A DNA stretch of 64,000 bases from Octopus sinensis (taxonomy: Eukaryota). The stretch covers positions 110,546,001 to 110,610,000 of the forward strand of contig NC_043002.1 in the NCBI RefSeq assembly GCF_006345805.1, in the 5' to 3' direction. Numbering within the stretch: position 1 is the stretch's first letter; every line of letters begins with the position of its first letter. Positions 1-12,980 of the stretch are shown piece by piece. Below the pieces are notes generated by a model. That model had not been told where the DNA came from, made no database searches, and saw only the letters and a program-made list of their open reading frames with translations. Made by a program: the position numbers and the translations under genes.

Positions 1-927
1 CGTATTTCATTCAGAATATGTTTATGAAACTATTAAATGATTTTCGCTGATGCTGACAGCCTTCCTCTAGGACTTTGTATTTTCTTTTTGTTTTATAATT
101 GAAAATGAGCTAAAAACAATAACTAGAATGGTATATGATTTATACAAGTAAGCGACTGGGTGTATAGTCAAAAGTCTTTGTATATTTTTGCCTGAAGGTA
201 CCAAGTTTCTAGCACTACTTAATAGATGAAACAATGTGAAATAATAGCTTGGTGCTGTTTACCTGTTCTTGTACTGTAGAAACAAAAGCAAGAGGTAAGG
301 GATGAGAAGCATTTGAGTTTTTGTTTAGCCTCAATTCATTCCTGATCTTGAAAACCTAAGGTCATAGGATTCCCAACTGTTACCATCCATTCATTTTTTT
401 TTTTTTCAAGCATAGTGTACTCAGTCTGCACTTATCAAGGTTAATTAGTTAGTGTAGTTAGTATCTGAAAAAAAAAAAAAAAAAAAAATGAACATTTGGA
501 TGGATAGAGAAAATACATTTTATAAAATAATGCTTGGAATAAAATTTCTAAGAATATTTACAAATATTTACAAAAGTTGTTGGAAATGTTAGCACTTTAG
601 GCTAGTCCTTCAAATCCTACAGGAGTCAATAAAATAGCAGTTATTCACTGGAGTAATTTTCTCTTGTGCAAATTTAGCTTCATGCTTGGAAAATGAGAAT
701 AAACAAAATTCAATATTTACATATGGTTTATCAATTAATAAGAACATGATAAATATGCTAGGCTATTATTGGGAGGAGAGGTTGTCTCTTATTTGTGTTT
801 GTGTGTGTGTGTGTGTTTCTATTGAAACAATTGTCTTTCTATGGTAGGCCACTATTTTCTGCACACAATTCATAAATTGAAAGTGAAGTAATATTTCTAT
901 AGAATTTTTCATACACACGCACACACT

Positions 928-974
<47 letters not shown>

Positions 975-1806
975 CTTTGATAATTTGACCTGGGTTCTTT
1001 TGGGTTTTTTCTACTTCCTGATTTTGGTTTTGCAGGAATTTCAGCTGTTAAACTCAGCATCAACTATCCTACTTTATCAACCAGTTTAATTTATCTGCTA
1101 GAACCATCTGGACACTGTATGACTTGAAAAACCTTGTCTATTAGTTTGTCACAGTGCTAGCTTTTCAGCATCACTTTGATCTCTTCATGTTGTTTGGTGT
1201 GCAGTGAATGTTAAAATTCTTCATCAAATAATACGTACAACTGACATCCACATTGCTGGACAATTCTGGATGATTAAACACCACGTTTTCTATGTAAAAT
1301 TTAAAACCAATCTACTTTTTCCCTTCTAGATATTTATTCCTTCTTTCACTTTCACTATCTTCCTGTCTTTCTCCCTGCTTTTTTCTTTCACTCCTATCTT
1401 TTGCTCCTTTCTCTCTCATAACTCCTTTTCCTATCTTCACTCTCCCTTTACCATTCACTTTTCCTGTTACCACTCCTTACTCTTCTTCGGGGGCCCCTTC
1501 CACTGTTTATCACCCCTCCACCTTTCACCAACCCTATTCTCTTCCCACCTCTCTTTTGCTCCATCTCTCACTCTTTTTCCCTTTGCTCTTTCTGTCTCTT
1601 GTCTTATTCTTTGGATTCCTTTTCTCATCTTTTCCCCTTTCCTTTCTCTCATTTTTTCTCTCTCTTATTCTTTTCTCTACCTTTCTTTATTCTTTCTTAG
1701 TTTTCTGCTTTTTCATTTTCATTTCATCTCTTTCATATTATTTTTCTCACTTTGTTATTCATTTGTTTCATATTTGTCTTCTTCTTCTTCTTCTCTCTCT
1801 CTCTCT

Positions 1807-1867
<61 letters not shown>

Positions 1868-2039
1868 AAAAGTATATTCAATATAAATAAAAATGTACTT
1901 TTTGAACTTTAAAAAATTTAATGAAATATCACCATTCATCATCATCATCATTTTCTGTCTGTTTTCCTATATTTGCATGAATTGGACAGGTGTTTTCTCA
2001 TAAAGCATCTCATCATATATTGCTGTCCTCTTTAAGGTT

Positions 2040-2950
2040 CAGTCTCCTGAGTCAGCTTTCACCATTTCTTCCTGTCTTTGGTTTTCCTTTTTTGCAGGCT
2101 TATTTCATGTGGATTACTTAACACTTCATTATCCAATGGTTATCCATTACATGCATTGCATATCTGTACTTGCACACACTTCTCTTGCTCACTACATCTG
2201 ATTCCTCTTATATTCAGTTTTTCTCTCCATTGATTGTGCTTTGTTGTTCATCTACATGAATATTACACATTGACCAGAGAATATTTGCTACTTTGCAACA
2301 TCATATTGCTTATACAGGTATCACACAATGTGCTTTTCACTCAGAGAGACTCTTTTTGTTTCCAGCAGGTGTAATAGTTCATCACATTTTTACCATCCTA
2401 TCTTACTCAAGTTACTAAGCTTTTGGAACCCTCAATTGCTAATAAAAGAAGCTGTCAACTACTTTTAGGGAGCTCTTCCAGCATTTAAAAGACTCTATTC
2501 TATGATTGTTCTCACTGCTAATTATTTATGTCCACTTATGTGCGGGTGGCACGTAAAAAGCACCCACTACACTCATGGAGTGGTTGGCGTTAGGAAGGGC
2601 ATCCCGCTGTAGAAACACTGCCAGATCTGACTAGGCCTGATGAAGCCTTCCGGCTTCACAGACCCCATTTGAACCGTCCAACCCATGCTAGCATGGAAAA
2701 CGGACGCTAAAAAAAGGAGAAAAAAAAATTTGTTACATATGAAATCTTTGTGGGACTACCTGTAATTTTATTGTGTCTCTTGTGCATCTGTACTTCACAC
2801 TGAGCTAAGTGTATGGTATTCACATATATTCCATTTCTGCATACCCTATATGGCCAGTTTATTGGGAACAATGGAGTCCTGTTTTCTTTCCTGCTAAAAT
2901 TTTTGTGTAGTCTACTTTGCTTCTGTGCTTGAAATTTCTTCCTTAATTTT
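2040..2950 (-). mobile_element. Highly decayed RTE-clade LINE RT/C-terminal fragment, interrupted by a younger RTE 3' end
   Basis: Minus strand near 2330-2410 gives remnants like VR.GW.K..ELLHLLETKRVSL, homologous to the clearer RTE fragment at 4307. Boundaries approximate. Confidence 0.5.
2540..2710 (+). mobile_element. 5'-truncated RTE LINE 3' UTR (family B)
   Basis: GGTGGCACGTAAAAAGCACCCACTACACTC...GGCGTTAGGAAGGGCATCC...AACCCATGCTAGCATGGAAAACGGACGCTAAA, near-identical to copies at 16251, 24133 and 34078. Confidence 0.85.
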
Positions 2951-3015
2951 TCAGTAGATTCAGCAATGAGAATTAGATTATTGGTATGTGGAAGTTTTCA
3001 ATACTAGACTCCTCT

Positions 3016-3235
3016 CACAGAAACGTTAGCACGCCGGGCGAAATGTGTAGCCGTATTTCGTCTGCCGTTACGTTCTGGGTTCAAATTCCGCCGAGGTCGA
3101 CTTTGCCTTTCATCCTTTCGAGGTCGATAAATTAAGTACCAGTCACGCACTGGGGTCGATGTAATCGATTTAATCCGTTTGTCTGTCCTTGTTTGTCCCC
3201 TCTGTGTTTAGCCCCTTGTGGGTGGTAAAGAAATA
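3016..3235 (+). mobile_element. tRNA-derived SINE family C (~230 bp) with 16-bp TSD
   Basis: B-box GGTTCAAATTCC; central GTCGACTTTGCCTTTCATCCTTTCG.GGTCGATAAA; TSD AATACTAGACTCCTCT at 3000-3015 and 3236-3251. Confidence 0.92.
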
Positions 3236-3615
3236 AATACTAGACTCCTCTGTTATGGCATGAAGAAATATAATAAACTAGATGGCTACTAAGTCTTGAC
3301 AGAAACCTACCTTCACACTAAATTCTTTACTGAACTCATTAACTTTCTCTGTACATAGCTTGCATGGCACTCAGAAGCCAAACTTTGAGTGCTTAAGTTT
3401 GTGTTTGAAAATGTAAAACACAGCAGGACAATTTTACACATGTTGTTGGAAAATATTTCCACATTCTCAGCATTAACCCATAACTCATAATTCTCAGGCT
3501 TTAGTTTCTGATTATACACTATGTGCTATTTGAACTTGTGTTAATCTGAGTTTTGCTCCATATGTGTATACTTATACATATGAGAGCCATGCAAGCCACA
3601 TGTGCATATATGTAT

Positions 3616-4025
3616 TCTTTTTCTTTTTCTTTTTACTTGTTTCAGTCATTTTGACTGCGGCCATGCTGGTGCACCGCCTTTAATCGAGCAACTCGACCCC
3701 GGGACTTATTCTTTGTAAGCCCAGTACTTATTCTATCGGTTTCTTTTGCCGAACCGCTAAGTGACGGGGACATAAACACATCAGCATCGGTTGTCAAGCA
3801 ATGCTAGGGGGACAAACACAGACACACAAACATACACGCACATACATATATATACATATATACGACGGGCTTCTTTCAGTTTCCATCTACCAAATCCACT
3901 CACAAGGCTTTGGTCGGCCCGAGGCTATTGTAGAAGACACTTGCCCAAGGTGCCACTCAGTGGGACTGAACCCGGAACCATGTGGTTGATAAACAAGCTA
4001 CTTACCACACAGCCACTCCTGCGCC
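3616..4025 (-). mobile_element. tRNA-derived SINE family A (~400 bp, central (TA)/(TG) microsatellite), full length
   Basis: Head GGCGCAGGAGTGGCTGTGTGG (A-box), GGTTCAGTCCC (B-box), CCTTGGGCAAGT motif, tail GACTGAAACAAGTAAAA; nine near-identical copies in the window. Confidence 0.93.
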
Positions 4026-4306
4026 TGTATGTATATGTACATACATACACATATATGTATACACATGCATATGTATGCATACATGTATGCACAAACATAC
4101 ATACATACATAAATGAGTAAATGGATCTTGTGTCAATTTTAATAATTGATATTGAAGTTGTTTGATCAAATGGAAGTAGTTTCTTTTTGAATCAAATACT
4201 GTGACTGAGTGATGCACCCCCACAGCATGACACGCTTTAACAATGCACACACACACACACACATGCACAAGAAAGACACACAAAGGACATACAGGAAAAA
4301 AATTTT

Positions 4307-4815
4307 CTCAAATGCCCAGGAGTCTCCCTAGAGGTAGTAGTTAGTTTCTGTTATTTAGGTGACTTAATTAGCAGTGGAGAAGGATGGTCTGAAAATATAG
4401 TTGCTAGAATAAGAATAGGATAGAGAAAGTTCAGAGAGCTATTAATTCTGTTGGTTACAAAAGGCCTGTCTCTCAGAGTGAAAGGTGGATTGTATGATGC
4501 TTGTATATGAACAGCAATGCTATATGGTAATAAGATTTAAGCTCTGAATGCTAAGGACATGTGAAGACTTTCTAGGAATGAAGCTTGTATGTTTTGCTGG
4601 ATGTGCAACACCGAATGCATGAATGACAAAATACAAATGTGTTGAGAAAAAAATTGGGCTTAAGAAGAAACAAATATTAGAGTGCAAAAGAAAAGACTGC
4701 ATTGATTTGGGCAATTGATGCATATGGATGAGAACAACTGTATAAAGAAGCTGATGGAACTCATGAAAGAGGTAGATCTTGGAAGACATGGAACAAAGTA
4801 GTGAAGGCTGATCTC
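4307..4815 (+). mobile_element. RTE-clade LINE reverse transcriptase C-terminal fragment, pseudogenised
   Basis: Translates to LEVVVSFCYLGDLISSGEGWSENIVARIRIG*RKFRELL..L.TKGLSLRVKGGLYDACI*TAMLYG, showing RTE FxYLG and LYG motifs with several stops. Confidence 0.88.
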
Positions 4816-6490
4816 CCAGGGATCAGCATTCTCCACATCTCATCTTCTTAATACCCATCCTCCTATCACTCTTCTATTATGGCACTATTTAGCTGCTGTA
4901 AGCATTTGAGAACAGAATTAGTATGTATTTCATCTCCCTTTTTATACTACCAGTTACATCCTTCTCTCCCTGGAACCACTTCCTATTAACATCTATCCAT
5001 CGCTTGCATCATTATCCCTACCCTCACTATTTTCCATTGAACATTCTCCTTCTGTGCCTCCAGTTATCTCTCCCTCTCTTCTGCCATACATCATCACTCT
5101 CTTATATCTATCATTGATGCTCCCCCAACTTTGTCAGATCCCCATCTTTGTCACACCATACACATCATCATCTCCTTGCTTTCTGCTCTATGTGCAGATT
5201 TATGATACAGCTGCTCTCCACACCTTTTGTGTTGCTGCTTGTCATCCCTTCTTTTTGAGCCACTTCTATCTGTCTAACCTTCCCCACTTCCAAACTAATA
5301 TTTACCATCAACCATACCTCTACCCTTGGTCATTACTCACAACTTTTCCCTCTGCACTTATCTCTAACCATCTGTAACTATCTTCTAACACTTTTATGAA
5401 ATTTTCTGCTCTCTGCTTCACCACTGATCCACTGTCTATATTCTTTCATATACACACCTTCATATATTTTGAGAATATCTCATCACCATCATCTTTATTT
5501 TCTTTCCACCTACCCACCCTCATATAATGTAGAGTAAAAATGTATCTCCTCTATAATAAGTAACTTGTATTTGTTCCTCACTCATACTTTAGCCTTTCAA
5601 CACCTTGTATAAAGCTGTCTACCCACTCTATTAAATACACTCCCACTCAGTCAAGGAGGTTCTTTCTTTTCTTGTCTTGCAAGCTACTTGGCAATCTCAC
5701 AGGTGCTGGTATCAGGGAAAATGTACTCTATGCACACTGTAAAATAGTTGATGTTAGGAAAGACATTCAATTGTTGAAACAATGCCAAAGCATACTCAAA
5801 ATGTGTACAGTCTGTGTTTGTCAGTTTTGATATACACTAATGATTTCATGTGCTATTTTTCTACATGAGACAAAGTATGCAACAATTTATAAAACACAAG
5901 ATTTAATTTATTCAGTATAAGAAACAGTATATATTTTGAACCTGACTCTATTCCTAAAGATAATATGTGGATTTGACTGCCAATGGATTACCCTTTTAAA
6001 GTAATTAAGTTCCTCTCTGCTTTAGTGCAAGAACTACACAAACTCTCTTAGATTATTTATGTGCCTGTAGATATTTGATACAGATTTTCTCGGCCTTGTT
6101 TTAACATACACACACACACGTGTGCTATTATTTTCATAATCATCATTGTTTCAACTGCATGGGTCAGCTTGAATTCATTGAAAAAGATTTTCTATGGCTG
6201 GATGCCTTTCCTGTTCCAGCCCTCAGTTATTTATAAGTAAGGTAATATTTCTCCCTGGCTGGACATGGTTTCATGGATGAATGGAAATAAAAGACAATGC
6301 TTGTATATAAAAGACAATGCTTATTTACAACTAAACACATGATGTGAAGACAAGGAGACACTAACACACACACCACACACACACACAAACATAAGGCTTT
6401 GTTGAAGACACTTGCTCAAGGTGGCATGTAGTTGGGAAACAAGCTTTCAAACACACAGCCCTGCCTGCACTTATTTTATGGGTGGTTATA

Positions 6491-6882
6491 TTACTTTACT
6501 TTTACTTGTTTCAGTCATTTGACTGCGGCCATGCTGGAGCACCGCCTTTAGTCAAGCAAATCGACCCCGGGACTTATTCTTTGTAAGCCCAGTACTTATT
6601 TTATCGGTCTCTTTTTGCCGAACCGCTAAGTGACGGGGACGTAAACACACCAGCATCGGTTGTCAAACACAGACACACAAACACACGCACATACATATAT
6701 ATATATATATACATACATACGACAGGCTTCTTTCAGTTTCTGTCTACCAAATCCACCCACAAGGCATTGGTCGGCCCGGGGCTATAGCAGAAGACATTTT
6801 CCCAAGATGCCACGCAGTGGGACTGAACCCGGAACCATGTAGTTCATAAGCAAGCTACTTACCACACAGCCACTCCTGCGCC
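6491..6882 (-). mobile_element. SINE family A with small internal deletion
   Basis: Same head and tail as the 3616 copy; lacks the GCAATGCTAGGGGGACAA segment. Confidence 0.93.
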
Positions 6883-7300
6883 TATTGTTTACTAGTTTTA
6901 TTTTTGTATTTTGTTTATATGGAATGCCTAATCTCTGTATCTTATTATTTCTTGTCAGTGCTGAGAATCTTTTCCTTCTGAAACTCAGTAAATCTAGTTA
7001 AACATGTGACTGGCCAACACCAAGGAAAAATAAATTAGAAAGGAGCAGCAGATTTATGAAAATTACTATCTGTTTATATCCACATTGCTGACTAAATTTC
7101 ATCTCTCCTTTCTATCAATTAGCAAGACATAAAACTTTTAGCCAAATGTTGGCAAGTAGATGTCCATTACAAGAAAGGCAGTTAGTTGTAAGCACTAATT
7201 ATTGATTATACATGTCCATAGGATATATGCTTTAGAATTTCTAAACTGTGGGAAGAATAGGCTATTTTGATGCCAATATTTTCATAAAAACAATAGTATA

Positions 7301-7690
7301 GGTGCAGGAGTGGCTGTGTGGTAAGTAGCTTGCTAACCAACCACATGGTTCCGGGTTCAGTCCCACTGCGTGGCATCTTGGGCAAGTGTCTTCTGCTATA
7401 GCCCCGGGCCGACCAATGCCTTGTGAGTGGATTTGGAAGACGGAAACTGAAAGAAGCCTGTCATATATATGTATATATGTGTGCTTGTGTGTGTGTGTGT
7501 TTGTCCCCCTAGCATTGCTTGACAACCGATGCTGGTGTGTTTACGTCCCCGTCACTTAACGGTTTGGCAAAAACAGACCGATAGAATAAGTACTGGGGCT
7601 TACAAAGAATAAGTCCCGGGGTCGATTTGCTCGACTAAAGGCGGTGCTCCAGCATAGCTGCAGTCAAATGACTGAAACAAGTAAAAGAGT
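7301..7690 (+). mobile_element. SINE family A, full length
   Basis: GGTGCAGGAGTGGCTGTGTGGTAAG...GACTGAAACAAGTAAAAGAGT; inverted relative to the 6491 copy. Confidence 0.93.
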
Positions 7691-8896
7691 ATGTTGCACT
7701 TTGTTTACATTAATGCTTTAATTTTATCTCTTATCAAAACTTAATTCTGAGTCATGATTTTTATTTCTTTATTTAGTTGATTCTCTCAATTCTATTTCTT
7801 CAGTTTTCACTATTGTAGCATGATTTCGATGTCTCTGAAATTCAAATCATTTTCCTCAAAATCATGAGAATCAATGTTTCACAATCAGGTTCCTTTCCTA
7901 GCATTAACTACTCAACTGTGAAATAGGAGTAGTGTCTATTTTCCAGTTGGGTTGGTAAGTCTTGTAGTGTGTTTTTATTATACTTGCAATAACAAGGAGT
8001 GAACTACTGATTTTTAGTACAGAACCATTGGAATCTTTATTCATGTAAATATTTTATGACATTTGTGGTCTTGTACTATGAAAAATAAATCAAAAACGAA
8101 AATTTTGGTTTTAATTATTCTCAAATTGATTAAAATCATGGATGTTTTTTTAGCGAAATGAAAAAAAAATTTCCTTCGTGGAAGGATGATGTTCTTATTT
8201 GACTTATTAATTTGAATGAGTACACACTATTTGTTATATAATGTTAATGTTTGACATTACATATCTGACCTTTAATGGCATCAACAAAACTGTTGTCTTG
8301 CTCAATATAATATTCATTTCCAGTAGAATAACAGTGAAGTAAATAACAGAAATGTTTGCAAACGAAATAAACAGCTTGTATTTATTGTTCAATGAGTTGT
8401 ATTTTGTTTAGCTTTTGTAAACTGGGTGCATCTAACATAACTCAAGTCGATTTGTTTCCATAGAAACAATTTTGGTAGATTTGCTAATTTCTCTGTGACC
8501 TGAAATAAATAAATTGAATAAATAAAGAATAATATCTGTTATTGTAAGAAAATATAAAATGTGGAATGAAAATAGTATAAATTAAATCCTAAAAAAATTC
8601 TAACTTAGCTCTTTTTCTAGAAGATTGGGTTGGAATTCTGAAGAAATTTTCCTTTATCCTATTTACTTTAATTCTGTGTTTTAACTTTTTGACTTTTTGA
8701 GAATGTCTAAAAGTATTTGTGCAGTCCTTTATATTGTTATCTTAAATCCCAAATTTCAGTTTATGATTGCTTCTATTTTTTTTTATTTGGTCATTAATAC
8801 TTTCAAATTTTAATATACCATTGCTTTTTATTTTTTTTTCATAGAATTTTATATCTGAAAAACAAAAGGTGCATATGTGAATGTATGTATATATTA

Positions 8897-9306
8897 GACA
8901 CAGGCATGTCTGTGTGGTAAGTAGCTTGCTTCCCAACCACATGGTTCTGGGTTTAGTCTCACTGTGTGGCAGCTTGGGCAAGTGTTTTCTACTATAGCCT
9001 CGAGCCAACCACAACCTTGTGAGTAAATCTGGTAGATGGAAACTGAAAGAAGCTCATAATATATATGTATATCTATACATATATATAGATATCTATATAT
9101 CTATGTGTGTGTATCTCTCTGTGTTTTCCCCCCAACACTGCTTGACAACCAGTGTTGGTGTGTTTGTGACACCTATAACTTTGGAAAAACAGACTGAATA
9201 AGTACTAGGCTTAAAAGAAAAAGTCTTGGAGTTGATTTGCTCAACTAAAGACCCTTTAGCATAGTGTAGCCACAGTCTAATGGCTGAAACAAGTAAAAGA
9301 TAAAGA
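8897..9306 (+). mobile_element. Older diverged SINE family A copy
   Basis: Recognisable head (CAGGCATGTCTGTGTGGTAAG), CTTGGGCAAGTG, and tail GAAACAAGTAAAAGATAAAG, with many substitutions. Confidence 0.85.
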
Positions 9307-9309
9307 TTT

Positions 9310-9367
<58 letters not shown>

Positions 9368-9369
<2 letters not shown>

Positions 9370-9555
9370 CTGGAGTAAACACATAAATGTGAAACAAGGT
9401 GGAAAAAAGAGTACTCAAATACCAGTGGTAGAGTAATATGCTTTATTTAAAGCAGCAGAAAATTTAACAAAACCTGTTACTCTGAGTTTCACGTTGACGT
9501 TCGTCGAACAGTTTTTGCTAGAAACTGAATTTTCTGCTGCTTTAAATAAAGTATA
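9368..9555 (-). mobile_element. Penelope-like pseudo-LTR remnant with inverted repeat and variant hammerhead motif, within (TA)n
   Basis: Inverted repeat 9441-9464 / 9529-9552. Minus strand reads CTGT-TCGACGA-ACG tcaa CGT-GAAA-CTCAGAG-TA-ACAG. (TA)n on both sides. Confidence 0.6.
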
Positions 9556-11336
9556 TATATATATATATATATATATAACCCATGCTAGCATGGAAAACGA
9601 ACGCTAAACGATGATGATGATGATATATATATATAGACGTTCACATGCTTTCAAATATGTTTAGGTCAAGTTAATACATTGATTTCTTACATAGACAAAA
9701 GGTCACATTTTGTGGGTGAAGGTATAGTAAATTATGTTACCCCTCTACTTCCCAGTACTCAACTGGTACTTTATTTTATAATAAAATAGATATGCTTATT
9801 TAATGGCATCTAGTTTAAAAGTAGAGACAAGCCTCATGAAACAAATGTATTCACTTCTTGGTTATAGCTATTTTGTTTTAATTATATAGCTACTATCCTT
9901 AATTAAATTACAGATATTCCAATACCATTTCTACACCTTCCTTTTAGCATCCACATAGTTAATTATTTAATGATAAGTAAGTGTTACAAATATCCATTTG
10001 ATGTTTGGCTTTCTACGTAAGATTGTGATATTTTTTTTTTAAAGTTTTGATAAGTAAAATTAGATTTTATAAGATTCCCAGGTTTCATCATTTGGTGAAT
10101 TCCTTTCCTCTTATCTTTATTCTTCGTCATCTTCAACTCTGTAAGGTGTTTCTTTACACTGATTTAATTAATGAAATTATTATAATTTTTATTTTATTCC
10201 ATCTTAAAACAAGTATTTTTAAGTTTTCATCATCTCAGTCTATGTTTGGTTGTATCTTTATGTTTTTCTTTAAAGCAAGCAGTATTTCATATTTTTAATC
10301 TTGTCTTAATTATATAATCTTAATTATATAAGCTAACAGTGTGCATTTAATTTGTACATTCAATAACTATATAATTTGCAGGATATTCAGATTCCATTTT
10401 TTACATTATTAAGAAGGAAAGCTCTTTATTTCTTTTAAAATCAACATGGCGGTGCCCCAGCATGGCCACAGCTCATGAGCTGAAACTAGATAAAATTTTT
10501 AAAAAAATAAAATAAAAAAAAATTTATTATATAATATAACATACAGTATATATTGTATGATATATAGTGTGTATATTTTAACCCATTTTTACCCTTTTCT
10601 TACCAATTTGCCTGAGGTCACCTTTGCTACTCTGGTGCAAACTTTCTGTCTTAAAGGGATCTGTGTTAAAATTTTCATCAAAATTTCAAATTAATCTATG
10701 TTCCAAACACCAGCTTAATAATGGCAATGTTATTTTACTTCATTATTCTCAATTTCTGTCTACCAAATCCACTTACAAGGGCAACAATAGAAGACTTTTG
10801 CCCAAGTTGCTGCACAGGAAGATAAAGCCCAAGGCCACATGGTTGGGAAGCAAGCTCCTTACTTAACCACACTGTCATTGCCTATATCTATTCATAAATG
10901 TTATATTGATTGCAAAGGAGTTTAACATCTGAAGAGCATGGCAATTACTTGAAATCAGAATTTCTAGATCAGGAGTTTCCATCACTATTTTTCCAATATG
11001 TCTTTATCACCAGACTGTCAACATTATCACTACCACAACCACCAGTCCTATTGGATGCCAGTATTATTTCAAAAGATACCAAGAGTTTGAGTTTTTCTTT
11101 ACATGTAGATAATCAGGAACAGAACAGGAAAGAAAATCATAAGATTTTGTCATATTTGTTTATAGAAAATATTAGAGATAAGTATCCCTAGTTAAGAACT
11201 CCTGCTCTGGATTATAGAACAGTGAAGCTACTATATATTTATTCAATACCAAAGAACAATGAATGGCAGTATTGTATCACAAATCCGTTGTAAGCTATAT
11301 TAAATGAAATTAGTAACTCTCAAGGAAAATTGCACA

Positions 11337-11850
11337 ATCATCATCATCATCATCATCATCATCATTTAGCGTCCGCTTTCCATGCTAGCATGGGTTGGAC
11401 GGTTCAACTGGGGTCTGGGAAGCCAGAAGGCTGCACCAGGCCCAGTCTGATCTGGCAGTGTTTCTACAGCTGGATGCCCTTCCTAACGCCAACCACTCCG
11501 TGAGTGTAGTGGGTGCTTTTTACGTGCCACCGGCACAGGTGCCAGGGGAGTTTGGCATCGGCCACGATCAGTTGGTGCTTTTAACGTGCCACCGGCACGG
11601 AAGCCAGCCAAGGCGGCGCTGGCATCGGCCACATTCGGATGGTGCTTTTTATGTGCCACCAGCACAGAAGCCAGTCGAGACGGCACTGGCAATGGCCACG
11701 TTTGGATGGTGCTTTTTATGTGCCACCGTCACAGGTATCACAACTACTATTTCCATTGATATTTGTTTCGATGTTCATGTACATGCGCTTGACTCAACAG
11801 GTCTCCTCAAGCACAGCGAGATGTTCTGGGATCCAAGGTACTTTGAATGG
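11337..11850 (-). mobile_element. RTE LINE 3' end (family B) with (CAT)n tail and 4-unit internal hairpin array
   Basis: (TCA)n tail at 11337-11365; repeated GGTGCTTTTTACGTGCCACCGGCAC units. Confidence 0.88.
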
Positions 11851-12760
11851 GCAGGGGCTATATACAATAAATGTATTTTGCCAGTAACATTGATAAAAGG
11901 ATGTTTGCTATTTGAGGTGAATCTTTGATATAGTAACACACATGGATTGAGAGGTTTATCAAATCATTTAATAGCTCTAAAAAGGAAAAAAAATTCTAAA
12001 ATTACTTGGTAGCAAAAATATAAAAATGTGACATTGTAGATAAACGTGTCACTGAGTTGCTCAGCTCTTCTGACATAGGAAACATGATTTGTGAGATTGT
12101 TCATGTTTTCAGTCATTTCATCATAAGATGAGAAAATGCAATCTCATATTTTCAGACAGCCTGTTTTATCCATTTGTCAAAAGATAATAGAAATCCCTGT
12201 CATGTCTCTCTTTTATTTTCATATTTAGAATTCTTTGTATAACTAGTTTCTAAATTATGTAACAAAATGATCACATAATCTGGTCAATTCCCTGTTTCCA
12301 GAGACATTTTTATTAAGCAAATTATTAGTCCTAAGCCACTATGCCATTCATGCATTTCTAATTTATGCAAAGCTCACTACCAAGGTGCATACAAATGTCA
12401 CATTCTCTCTGTCACTAAAAGTAGTATATAATTACATAACCTTAGACAGGTATTTCTCTTGCAGCTGTCTTCCCGTGATTATAGCACCTATATTTCTAAT
12501 GCCTTCTACCAACTGTCAGTTGTCAATCTTAATTCTATATTGTTTCAGTTAAGTAGAAATTAATGAATATTGATGTTGGTATTCAGTTAGAAATACTGCA
12601 TGTTGGATTGGAAGCTGACTTGTTAGACTCAAAGAGTGAAGAATGAATGTTATTTGGCCTAATGCTGTGAATCAGTTTTACAGATGCAACAGAATACTTA
12701 TTTTAAACTAGAAATAGCCAAGTAATTTTAATATTTAGAGAATTAAAAAAAGATATTTAA

Positions 12761-12980
12761 CCCTTTAGTGTTTAAACTGGCCATATCCGGCCAAAATATT
12801 CTACCTATTTTATGTTCAAACTAGTCAGATATGGTCATTCATAGCTACCTTATTGTGTCATTTTAAAAATAAACAATCACATCATTGAAATCTCAAAGCC
12901 ATGAAATGATGCAAGATTAATTTTACATGGTGTGAATACATAAGCTTTACATTTTACAGAATAATCTGAATGCTAAAGGG
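12761..12980. mobile_element. piggyBac-type MITE, 220 bp
   Basis: TTAA at 12757-12760 and 12981-12984; TIR CCCTTTAG...CTAAAGGG. Confidence 0.85.

Noticed and set aside
2638-2661. CTGATGA followed by a hairpin (also 29623) as a hammerhead
   Set aside because: No GAAA after stem II and no stem III/UH; 2638 is a point variant of the RTE UTR.
3791-4120. Recurrent MSSNARGTNT..., MLG.QTQTH... and MTTDAGVF... ORFs resembling a gene family
   Set aside because: Read-through of SINE family A copies, mostly from non-ATG starts; frames vary with the internal microsatellite.
11510-11730. CRISPR-like palindromic repeats with spacers
   Set aside because: The spacers are homologous to each other, the units lie in an RTE 3' UTR with a (CAT)n tail, the context is eukaryotic, and there are no cas genes.
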